DNA from: Planctomycetota bacterium
GTDB taxonomy: Bacteria; Planctomycetota; JAJSAM01; JAJVHW01
Length of the DNA stretch: 64,000 nucleotides
Direction: 5' to 3'
Assembly: GCA_965248445.1 (NCBI GenBank)
Contig: CBDFJG010000004.1
Coordinates: 448,001-512,000, forward strand
Part shown: positions 46,332 through 56,957 of the stretch, one piece after another
Numbering within the stretch: the first letter of the stretch is position 1
How the letters are laid out: every line of letters begins with the position of its first letter
Program-made: the position numbers and the translations under genes
The notes under the pieces: model-generated
Told to the model about the DNA's origin: nothing
Databases searched by the model: none
What the model saw: the letters and a program-made list of their open reading frames with translations, nothing else

Positions 46332-47624
46332 ATGCGCGACCGGCTCGACAAGATGACGGACGAGTCCGAGCGCCTGCGCGACAACGTCATCGAGGCTGTC
46401 GTCGACCGCCTCGTCAAGACGCGCGCAAAAGCGGACGAGGGCATCGTCGAGCGCATCGAGTCGCGGATCGAGGACCTCGGCGAGCGCCTCACGGATCTCG
46501 CCAAGCAGGCCGCGAAGCGCGAGAGCGCGGGCGGCACGGCCCTCGACGACCACATGCGTGACATCGACGAGCGGTTCGCCGCGGTCGAGCGCGCCTCCGA
46601 GAAGGTGAAGGAAGACGCGGTCGCAACGCTCATCGACCGGATGGCGGACCGCGACGCGGGCGTCGAGAAGATCTTCGCGGAGAACCTGGTCACGCAGCTC
46701 GACACGGTGACGTCAAAGATCGAGTCGCTCGAGGAGCGTCTCTCCGCAGCAGGTGGCGACGAGCAGGAGAAGGTGCGCGTCGCGATTGAGGAGCTGACCT
46801 CGGCCGCGAAGGAGAGCGACGAGTCCGTGCAGAGCTTCGTCTCGGCACAGCTGGAAGAGACGCACGCCGAACTCCTCACGGAGCTGAACGAGCGGTTCAA
46901 CAAGCGCGACACGGATCTCTCCGCGTCGTTCCGCGACAACTTCGACGAAGTCCGCAGTTCGGTGGACGAGTTGGCGTCGCGGACGTCTGCGCAGCTCGCC
47001 GCCATGCAGGTGAGCCTCGCATCGGGTGTCGACTCGCTTCGTGACGAGAAGGGCTCGGGCGTGAACGTCGACCTCGTCGAGGCCCTCGAGTCGCGCGTCT
47101 TCACGCCGCTGAACGAGAAGGTCTCGGATCTCCGAGAGCAGGTCGACTCGCGGCACGAGGACGCGCTCAGCGCCGTGGCCGCCGCGGACGAGCGCGGCAA
47201 CGCGCTCGCCGAACGGCTCGAACAACTCGCCGAGTCCTTCGCCGGTCTCGCTAACCGCGTGGACGAGAACGCGGCAGCGCAGACACGCGCACTGGAGACG
47301 CTCGGCGAGCGTCTCACCGCCAGTTCGAGCGACGCTGCGGAGGCGCAACAGGCGCAGTTCTCCGCCGCGCTCGAACAGGCCCTCGACAAGATCGAGAAGA
47401 CAATGCACTCGGCGACAGCCAAGCCCATCGAGATCTCGGCCGAAGCCACCGACGTGCTGCTGAACAAGATCTTCGACGCCGGCGACGTGGAGCTGAGGAG
47501 CAACCTCGATCAGCTCGACGTCGACACGAGCAAGACAACCAGCGTGAAGAAGAACCTCGGACGTCTCCGGAACCTGCGCAACGCCAAGGCCGCGCAGAAC
47601 AACGGAACCGACGACGAGTCCTAA
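46332..47624 (+). CDS. Long acidic coiled-coil protein, probably 5'-truncated
   Basis: Heptad-rich; frame reads HELDEMRD upstream of the ATG; no RBS or promoter space. Confidence 0.7.
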   Translation: MRDRLDKMTDESERLRDNVIEAVVDRLVKTRAKADEGIVERIESRIEDLGERLTDLAKQAAKRESAGGTALDDHMRDIDERFAAVERASEKVKEDAVATLIDRMADRDAGVEKIFAENLVTQLDTVTSKIESLEERLSAAGGDEQEKVRVAIEELTSAAKESDESVQSFVSAQLEETHAELLTELNERFNKRDTDLSASFRDNFDEVRSSVDELASRTSAQLAAMQVSLASGVDSLRDEKGSGVNVDLVEALESRVFTPLNEKVSDLREQVDSRHEDALSAVAAADERGNALAERLEQLAESFAGLANRVDENAAAQTRALETLGERLTASSSDAAEAQQAQFSAALEQALDKIEKTMHSATAKPIEISAEATDVLLNKIFDAGDVELRSNLDQLDVDTSKTTSVKKNLGRLRNLRNAKAAQNNGTDDES

Positions 47625-47683
47625 CTAGCCCAAAACTGCTGCGGTTTGCCGGACGATGAAGCCGGCTGGGAGGAGCGAGCAAG

Positions 47684-48895
47684 ATGACACCTGACCCCAA
47701 CACTCACCGATATGAGGAACCCGGAACCGCGACGACCACGCCGCGGGCCGCCGTGGCTCCGCCGGCGCCGCCGCCGGAGGCGACGACCGTACCGATCGCG
47801 TCCAACGGACAGCCGCCTGCCGTGGCGGCCGCGCCGCCGGCGCCGAGCCGCGTAACGATCCACCAGGACGCCCACGTCACCGCCGCGCCGAAGGGCGTTG
47901 CACTGGGCCGCGGCCTGGATGTCGGCACCGCGAACCTGCTCGCGTGCCGCGAGGGCAATAAGGGCGAGCTCGTGGTCCAGAGAGAGCGCAACGCGTTCCT
48001 CGAGATCCCGAGTGAGTTCGTCGGCAGCCACGAGATGCTGACCAAGCTGAATGTGCCATACGTCCAGTTCAAGGACCGCCTTTACGTGATCGGCGACGCG
48101 TCGTTCAACCTCGCGAACATGTTCGCCCGCGAAGTGCGCCGCCCCATGGCGGACGGCTTCCTCTCGCCGGCGGAACAGGACGCGATCCCGATGTTGAAGT
48201 TCATCGTGCACCGCCTGCTCGGCGAGCCCAGCACGCCCGGAGAGCACGTGTGCTTCTGCATCCCGGCGGAGTCGATCGACAAGGCGAACGACACCGTCTA
48301 TCACGAGGGCATCGTGTCGGGCATCCTCAGGAAGCTCGGCTACACGCCGCAGCCGATGAACGAAGCGCACGCGATCGTGTACAGCTCGCTCGCGGAGCAG
48401 GACTTCACCGGTATCGGTGTGTCCTGCGGCGGCGGCATGTTCAACGTGTGTGTCTCGTACCGCACGATCCCCGCGCTGACGTTCTCCGTCGCGCGCGGTG
48501 GCGACTGGATCGACACGAGCGTCTCCCGCGTCATGGGCATCCCCAGGACGCGCGCCACGGCGATCAAGGAGAACAACGTCGACCTGCGCGAGCCGAAATC
48601 GCGCGAAGAGGAAGCGGTCGTTCTCTACTACCGCAACCTCATCCAGTACGTCCTCACGAACCTCAAGCAGCGCTTCGCGCTCGCTCGCGACGTGCCGCAG
48701 TTCGAGGCGCCCGTCGAGGTCGTCGTAGCCGGTGGCACCAGCCTGGTCGGAGGCTTCGTAGAGGTCTTCGCCGAGGAGTTGCAGAAGGTGGATCTCCCGA
48801 TCCCCATCGCCGGCGTGCGCCGTGCCGACGACGCCATCTCGGCCGTCGTCCGCGGATGCCTGATCGCCGCGAACCTGAGTTCCGACGAAGACTAG
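47684..48895 (+). CDS. Divergent actin-like ATPase (MreB/MamK superfamily)
   Basis: Phosphate-1 GLDVGT, connect-1 MNEAHA, phosphate-2 GVSCGGGMFN, adenosine VVAGGTS; Pro-rich N-terminal extension. Confidence 0.85.
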   Translation: MTPDPNTHRYEEPGTATTTPRAAVAPPAPPPEATTVPIASNGQPPAVAAAPPAPSRVTIHQDAHVTAAPKGVALGRGLDVGTANLLACREGNKGELVVQRERNAFLEIPSEFVGSHEMLTKLNVPYVQFKDRLYVIGDASFNLANMFAREVRRPMADGFLSPAEQDAIPMLKFIVHRLLGEPSTPGEHVCFCIPAESIDKANDTVYHEGIVSGILRKLGYTPQPMNEAHAIVYSSLAEQDFTGIGVSCGGGMFNVCVSYRTIPALTFSVARGGDWIDTSVSRVMGIPRTRATAIKENNVDLREPKSREEEAVVLYYRNLIQYVLTNLKQRFALARDVPQFEAPVEVVVAGGTSLVGGFVEVFAEELQKVDLPIPIAGVRRADDAISAVVRGCLIAANLSSDED

Positions 48896-49023
48896 CCAAG
48901 TCTCGAGAGCGCGACGCCGGCGTCCTTCGGGACGTCGGCCCGCGCAGCTCGTTCCACCCGCGGTCCGCCCGTTGAAGCCAAGCGCATCCGCGTTCGGTGG
49001 AGGGCGGGCCGCACCTGATTCCC

Positions 49024-49059
49024 GCCATACCGAGACCGGTACCAATCGGCGCACGGTGT
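49024..49059 (+). repeat. 36-bp inverted repeat, left copy (REP-like)
   Basis: GCCATACCGAGACCGGTACCAATCGGCGCACGGTGT, exact reverse complement of 50140-50175. Confidence 0.95.
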
Positions 49060-49082
49060 CCCCGGACGCCGCGTCCGGGAGT

Positions 49083-50096
49083 TCAGCGGCCCGGCACGTC
49101 CCAGTCGCGGTGGACGCTCTCGGTCACGCACGCCGCCGCGAGCGCCACATAGTCAGGTCTGCATCGCAACGCCAGGCGGTGCGAGTCCAGCAGACCACGG
49201 GCGGTGGATCGCGTCATCCGCAGCAGCGCGGCAATCTCCATGAGCGACAGGCTCGCGAGCGAACGCAGCAATCCGACAGCCAGCAAGTCCGCCGGATCGC
49301 GTGAGCGGGCGCCTGGTGCCGTTCGAATCGCGTCGAGCCCGTGCGCACGCTCCGTCACTACTGCGACAACTGTCCGCGAGTGAGCGACGGGAAGTCCCGG
49401 CTGTGTCCCGTCAGCCAGCGCGGTCTTGCGGCGCATCCACTCGATCGCTCTCCCGTCAGCACCGTCGAGGAGGTCGACGAGCGGATCGTCCTGCCCGTCA
49501 CGAGCCAGAAGGCGTCGATCGACCAGCGCCTCCTGCTCGGGAGTGAGCCGTGCGCCGAACACCGACTCGTAGTCCTGACTGCAGTAACTGGTCGAACCTC
49601 GAGCCCTCATCACGCGCGTCGCGACCTCCCCGTGGCTCAGCCACTTCGGTCGGCCTCCGCAACGGTAGAACCGCGCGCTTCCCCACGGGTAGGCCGACGC
49701 ATCGCTGACGAGCCCCGCGGAGACGGCGTTTCCATCGATGTACCGGATCAGCGTGTGCATGTAGGCGTCGGATTGCACACGCTTGGAACGGAAGCGACCG
49801 CGGAACAGCGGTCCATCGCGGCGCCTCTCTCTGTTGAACCGACGGGCGTACGCGTTCTGAACGCGCCTCATGCCACGCCACATCGAACCAGTGGGGCTCC
49901 GAACCAGCAGGTGGAAGTGCGTTGTCAGGAGGCAGTACGCGTGGATCTCGAGCGATCCGCCACGCACCGCACGCGCCAAGCAGGCGAGGAAGTACCGGCA
50001 GTCGCTGCGTCGTTCGAACAGTGTCCGCTTCGCGACACCGCGGTTGTAGACGTGGTGGAATGCGAAGGGCTCGTCGTGTCGCGCGCGCTGTGCCAT
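49083..50096 (-). CDS. REP-associated tyrosine transposase (RAYT, Y1/HUH) with C-terminal HTH
   Basis: HHVYNRG, YCLLTTHFHLLV (HUH), FRGRF, RYIDGN (catalytic Tyr), YPWGS. Confidence 0.9.
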   Translation of the reverse strand: MAQRARHDEPFAFHHVYNRGVAKRTLFERRSDCRYFLACLARAVRGGSLEIHAYCLLTTHFHLLVRSPTGSMWRGMRRVQNAYARRFNRERRRDGPLFRGRFRSKRVQSDAYMHTLIRYIDGNAVSAGLVSDASAYPWGSARFYRCGGRPKWLSHGEVATRVMRARGSTSYCSQDYESVFGARLTPEQEALVDRRLLARDGQDDPLVDLLDGADGRAIEWMRRKTALADGTQPGLPVAHSRTVVAVVTERAHGLDAIRTAPGARSRDPADLLAVGLLRSLASLSLMEIAALLRMTRSTARGLLDSHRLALRCRPDYVALAAACVTESVHRDWDVPGR

Positions 50097-50139
50097 CGGC
50101 TCCTGCGGTGACGAGGACGCAGGAGTGAGCGCGCGGGTT

Positions 50140-50175
50140 ACACCGTGCGCCGATTGGTACCGGTCTCGGTATGGC
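50140..50175 (-). repeat. 36-bp inverted repeat, right copy (REP-like)
   Basis: ACACCGTGCGCCGATTGGTACCGGTCTCGGTATGGC. Confidence 0.95.
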
Positions 50176-50936
50176 TAGTTGACGCGCTTCCAGACGTTGC
50201 CGTCGCGGCCGAGCACTCCGAACGCGATGTTCCGGCCCCCCATGTTGCGACTGCTTCCGGGGGCGGTGAACGCATAGCCCGCCTCACGCGCCTCGATGCC
50301 GTTCGGTCCGCTACGTGCAGCGCCGTCCTGCTCCGAACCGGTGATGTCACCGGCCTGGTTGATGAAGAACGTGCGCCACCCCGACGAGCCACCCGTGGCA
50401 GGCCACGCGTACGCGCACCAGATCGTCTCCGCCAGCGTGCTGTCGATCAGCCCCGGCGCGGCCGAGACCTCGAGCGTCGTGAGAGTCAGCTCGCCGAGGG
50501 CGTCCCCGTTCGTGTTCGGCAAGAAGACGCGGTAGTGGTAGCCGCTCCGCACGACCTCGCCGTCCGCGTTCAGCGCTCCGAACGACTGCGACAACGCGGT
50601 CGGCCAGAGGACCGTGCCCCCGGCGGCGGTCCCGTCGGCAGCCGTGCGAACCGGAGTGGCGCTCGCGAGCTCCCGGAAGAACCCGAACTCGCCCGTGCCG
50701 TTACGGTCGACGTCTGCCTTGGCCGACGTCTGGAACTGGGCCTGCGCCGAGGAGATGCTCCGCAGGTGTGCGATGGCCGCCGCCTCGTTCGCCTGCAGCC
50801 GGGCCGCCATCATGTTCGGGATCGCCACCGCAGTCAGGATCGCGATCATCGCGACCACGATCATCAGCTCCACCAGTGTGAATCCCCCGGCACGCCGTCC
50901 CGTGCGCGCGCCTCGACCGCTATCGAGCCGGCTCAT
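50175..50936 (-). CDS. Prepilin-type N-terminal cleavage/methylation protein
   Basis: GFTLVELMIVVAMIAILTAVAIP; ANEAAAI; SGYHY; AYAWP; RTFFINQAG. Confidence 0.9.
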   Translation of the reverse strand: MSRLDSGRGARTGRRAGGFTLVELMIVVAMIAILTAVAIPNMMAARLQANEAAAIAHLRSISSAQAQFQTSAKADVDRNGTGEFGFFRELASATPVRTAADGTAAGGTVLWPTALSQSFGALNADGEVVRSGYHYRVFLPNTNGDALGELTLTTLEVSAAPGLIDSTLAETIWCAYAWPATGGSSGWRTFFINQAGDITGSEQDGAARSGPNGIEAREAGYAFTAPGSSRNMGGRNIAFGVLGRDGNVWKRVN

Positions 50937-51050
50937 GTGAGTGTCTCTCTCTTTCTCTGCGTTCCCCTTGAAAGCTCTCCAACCCGGCTATCGGCAGGAC
51001 ACCGCAACCGACTTATCCGAGGCCGCCCGGTCGGCTACCGTCAGGCTCTG

Positions 51051-51914
51051 ATGGGCGAGATCGAGGCTGGCAGGGAGGCGCACGCGGGCATCGTCCTCCT
51101 CGACGGCCCCGAACTGCTCCGTCGCGGAGTCCCCACCCCGCTCCCCGGCTGGAGCGCGCACGCGCTGGAGGACGCGCCCGACGTCGTGGCTGCGATCCAC
51201 CGCGACTACGCCGCCGCCGGAGCCACCGTCCACACGACGAACACGTTCCGCACGCGTCGCGCGGTCCTCGGCGAGGACTGGGAGCGATTGGCACGCAGCG
51301 CCGTCCGCATCGCGCGGGACGCCGTCCCCGCTTCGCACCGCATTGCGGGATCGATCGCGCCGCTGCGCGACTGCTATCGCCCGGATCTGTCCCCCGCCGA
51401 CACGGATCGTGCCGCGAGCCGCGCCGAGCACCGCGCCCTCGCGCGCGTACTCGCCGCGGATGGCTGTGACCTCCTGCTCTGCGAGACATTCCCCCACGTC
51501 GGCGAAGCGCTGATCGCCGTCGAAGAGGCGCGCGCCACCGGACTCGAGACGTGGGTGTCGTTCACGCCCGGACCGGCCGCGGACTTGCTCACCCCCGGGG
51601 AGGTCAGCGCTGCGGCGTCCTCTGCCGCCGAACTCGGTGTGCGAGCCGTCCTCGTGAACTGCCTGCCCGTCGCACAAGTGCTCGAGTACGTGCGAGCGCT
51701 CGCGTCAGCCGTCGGGGACCACGTCCTGGTCGGCGCCTACGCCAACGCCGGCAGCCCGAACTCGGAGACCGGCTGGGACTCCGCACCACCGGACCTCGAG
51801 GAGTACGTGCGCGCTGCCGCTTCCTGGGTCGGGGCCGGCGCCACGATCCTCGGCGGATGCTGCGGCACGGGCCTGCGCCACACCGCCGCCGTGGCTGCCC
51901 TCTGCGAGCGCTGA
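51051..51914 (+). CDS. Homocysteine S-methyltransferase family protein
   Basis: IHRDYAAAGA, TNTF, LLCETF, VNC, GGCCG zinc ligands. Confidence 0.88.
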   Translation: MGEIEAGREAHAGIVLLDGPELLRRGVPTPLPGWSAHALEDAPDVVAAIHRDYAAAGATVHTTNTFRTRRAVLGEDWERLARSAVRIARDAVPASHRIAGSIAPLRDCYRPDLSPADTDRAASRAEHRALARVLAADGCDLLLCETFPHVGEALIAVEEARATGLETWVSFTPGPAADLLTPGEVSAAASSAAELGVRAVLVNCLPVAQVLEYVRALASAVGDHVLVGAYANAGSPNSETGWDSAPPDLEEYVRAAASWVGAGATILGGCCGTGLRHTAAVAALCER

Positions 51915-51945
51915 AGAAGTTCTCGGAGCCCCTCGTTGCGGTTAG

Positions 51946-54222
<2,277 letters not shown>

Positions 54223-54225
54223 CGC

Positions 54226-54465
54226 TCAGTCTTCATCGGCGGGCCGCATCGAGACGGGCTCGCCCATCACGTGCTCGAGGACGATCCTCTGGCCCGCCCG
54301 CGGCTGACGATGGACCGACTCGTACGGCATCACCGCCAGCCTCTGCATGTCCCCGGCATCACTGTCGAGTCGGTAGATGCAGCGCCAGTTCGGCTGGCCA
54401 TGGACGGCGAACGGTTCGACGCCGAGAAGCACCCCGCGCGCCGGTCCCAACTGCATCGGCGTCAT
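54226..54465 (-). CDS. Small hypothetical protein
   Basis: 79-aa ORF filling the gap between convergent neighbours. Confidence 0.45.
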   Translation of the reverse strand: MTPMQLGPARGVLLGVEPFAVHGQPNWRCIYRLDSDAGDMQRLAVMPYESVHRQPRAGQRIVLEHVMGEPVSMRPADED

Positions 54466-54553
54466 CCTACGGCCTGCGGATGCGGGCCGCGGCGACTCTC
54501 CGACGTCTGCGTGCCCGAGAGCGGCTGGTTCTGTCGCCTGCTCCGGCTAGAAA

Positions 54554-56473
54554 GTGTGCATGCACCCCGACACCCACGCGCGGGGCGGGCCAGGCTTGCA
54601 CCAGGGCGCGCCGGTCCTCCGTTCGTCCATCGCCGTGTCGGCGATCCTGATCGCGGGTCTCGCCGCAACCGGGGTCACCGCTGCGATGGCGCGGCGCCAG
54701 TTGAGCCTGGACCAACAGCTGGAGACGGAAGTCGAGGCGGCGCGGGCGGCCTCGGCGATCCGACGGCACGTCGACTCCTATCTCGAGGTGCTCTTCGGCC
54801 TGCGAAGCCTGTTCGCGGCAGGCGAGGACGTGACACGGGTCGAATTCGCGCAGTACATCGCGGCCGCCGACATCGATGCCCGATACCCGGGCATCCAGGC
54901 CATGGAGTTCACGCGCCTCGTGCAGGCCGAGGGCATCGCGGGCTTCGAGCGCTCCGTGCAGTCCGACACCACCGTGGTGAGCGCCGGATACCCATCGTTC
55001 ACGGTCCATCCAGACACCGTGCACGGCGACCGCTTCGTGGTCGACTACGTCGAGCCGTTGGCCGGCAATGAAGCCGCGTTCGGCTTCGACCTCGGCACAA
55101 ATCCGGTGCGGCGGCGCTCGGTCGAAGAGAGTCGTGACACCGGTCTTCCCGTCGCGACGTCCGGGATCCGGCTCGTGCAGGAACGCGCCGAGCAAACAGG
55201 GTTCCTGCTGATGCTCGGCGTCTACGGTCCGGGACGTCCTCCAACGGCGACCTCCGACCGACGCGCTCAGTTTCGCGGCGTGGTCAACGTCGTCTGCCGC
55301 ATGGGAGACCTCGTGGCCGGCTCGCTCGGACCACATCATGCAGTGCACATCGCCGTCTGGGACGCCGGGGACCTCGACGAGCCCTTCGACCCGGCAAACG
55401 TCGAGTTGCTCCACGACGACGACGACCGTCCGCCACCGACGCGCGCCACAGCAGGTGAAGGGGAGACACTGACGCACATCGGCGTCGGCGGAAGACGCTG
55501 GACGATCGTCGTGCGGCCCCGCGACGAGGCCGCGTCGTTCGCCTCCACCCTCTTGCCGTGGGTGCTCCTCGTCGGAGGAGTGCTCCTGACACTGGCCGCC
55601 GCCGGGCTGGCACGCTCGCTGCTCCGCGGCGAAGCGCGCGCCCTCGAGCTCGCGCGGGTCATGACCGTCGACCTCGAGCTGAATGCCGAGGCGTTGCGCG
55701 CCGCACGGGACCGCGCCGAAGCTGCCGATCGGGCGAAGAGTGTCTTTCTCGCGAACACGAGTCACGAGATGCGTACGCCGCTACACGGAATCCTCGGCGC
55801 GCAGCAACTCCTCCTGGAGACGCCGCTCGACGACACGCAACGCGAGTACGCTGAGATCACCCGCTCTTCGGCGTCGGCGCTACGCGCGGTGATCAACGAT
55901 GTCCTCGACCTGGCAAAGATCGACGCCGGGACGCTCGAGCTCGTGGCGTCCCCATTCGAGCTGCGAAGACTGCTGCACGAAGTGGTCGCGGAGATCCGGC
56001 TGCACCCCAGCGCCGCGGGACTGGAGATCACGCACGCCGTGACGACGGATGTCCCGGAGTGGCTGACAGCCGACGCTGCGCGGCTGCGCCAGGTTCTCAC
56101 CAACCTGATGGGGAACGCCGTCAAGTTCACGCACGACGGCAGTGTGACGGTGCACGCAGACGTCTGCGAGACGGAGCCGGAACAGCCAACGTTGCACCTG
56201 ACGATCTCGGACACGGGCATCGGCATCCCAGCGGAGAGGCACCGCGACATCTTCGAGCGCTTCACGCAGGTCGACTCCTCGTCCACGAGGAGCTACGGAG
56301 GCACGGGTCTCGGCCTCGCCGTCGTCACGCGCCTCGTCGAGCTCATGGGCGGCGCGATTCGCGTGGAGAGCGAGGCCGGCCGGGGGAGCGCGTTCGGCGT
56401 GTCGATTCCCGCGGTCATCGCGGCCGCACCCTCTCTTGGTCTTGGTAATGGCAACGCCGAGAAAGTCTGCTGA
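54554..56473 (+). CDS. CHASE-domain sensor histidine kinase
   Basis: YVEPLAGNEAAFGFDL (CHASE), FLANTSHEMRTPL H-box, NLMGNAVKFT, DTGIG, GGTGLGL. Confidence 0.93.
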   Translation: MCMHPDTHARGGPGLHQGAPVLRSSIAVSAILIAGLAATGVTAAMARRQLSLDQQLETEVEAARAASAIRRHVDSYLEVLFGLRSLFAAGEDVTRVEFAQYIAAADIDARYPGIQAMEFTRLVQAEGIAGFERSVQSDTTVVSAGYPSFTVHPDTVHGDRFVVDYVEPLAGNEAAFGFDLGTNPVRRRSVEESRDTGLPVATSGIRLVQERAEQTGFLLMLGVYGPGRPPTATSDRRAQFRGVVNVVCRMGDLVAGSLGPHHAVHIAVWDAGDLDEPFDPANVELLHDDDDRPPPTRATAGEGETLTHIGVGGRRWTIVVRPRDEAASFASTLLPWVLLVGGVLLTLAAAGLARSLLRGEARALELARVMTVDLELNAEALRAARDRAEAADRAKSVFLANTSHEMRTPLHGILGAQQLLLETPLDDTQREYAEITRSSASALRAVINDVLDLAKIDAGTLELVASPFELRRLLHEVVAEIRLHPSAAGLEITHAVTTDVPEWLTADAARLRQVLTNLMGNAVKFTHDGSVTVHADVCETEPEQPTLHLTISDTGIGIPAERHRDIFERFTQVDSSSTRSYGGTGLGLAVVTRLVELMGGAIRVESEAGRGSAFGVSIPAVIAAAPSLGLGNGNAEKVC

Positions 56474-56882
56474 TGATCTCCGCTCGTTGAGAATCCTCGT
56501 CGCCGAGGACAGTGCGGTCAACCGGCTGCTCGTCGAGCGCTGGCTCGTCGCGCAGGGAAACGAGGTGGTGACGGTCGAGAACGGTCGCCTCGCCGTCGAA
56601 GCGGTGAACACCGGTCGCTTCGACCTGGTGCTGATGGACATCCAGATGCCGGAGTTGGACGGTGTCGAAGCGACGGCCGAGATCCGTCGCAACGAGGATC
56701 CGGACCGCCGACTCCCGATCATTGCTCTCACGGCGCACGCGATGGGGGGTGACGCCGAACGGTTCCGGAGGGCCGGAATGGACGCTCACCTGCCGAAACC
56801 GTTCGAGGTCGACGAACTGACCGCACTCATCGACAAGTTGCTCGTCCAGCCGCGCGAGGGTGCGCGGCCTCCGCCCGAGTAG
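56436..56882 (+). CDS. Receiver domain, probably the frameshifted C-terminus of a hybrid kinase
   Basis: ILVAED, VLMDIQMP, PIIALTAHAM, AGMDAHLPKP; overlaps kinase end in the +1 frame. Confidence 0.8.
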   Translation: MVLVMATPRKSADDLRSLRILVAEDSAVNRLLVERWLVAQGNEVVTVENGRLAVEAVNTGRFDLVLMDIQMPELDGVEATAEIRRNEDPDRRLPIIALTAHAMGGDAERFRRAGMDAHLPKPFEVDELTALIDKLLVQPREGARPPPE

Positions 56883-56957
56883 GCCGTGCCCGCCCCGCTG
56901 TGCGAAACGCCGTTCGCGGGTACCCTGAGTGGAAGGGGCAGAGTTCGGGAGGCGGCA

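Noticed and set aside
47684..48895. Magnetosome mamK
   Set aside because: No other mam genes in the window and motifs are divergent
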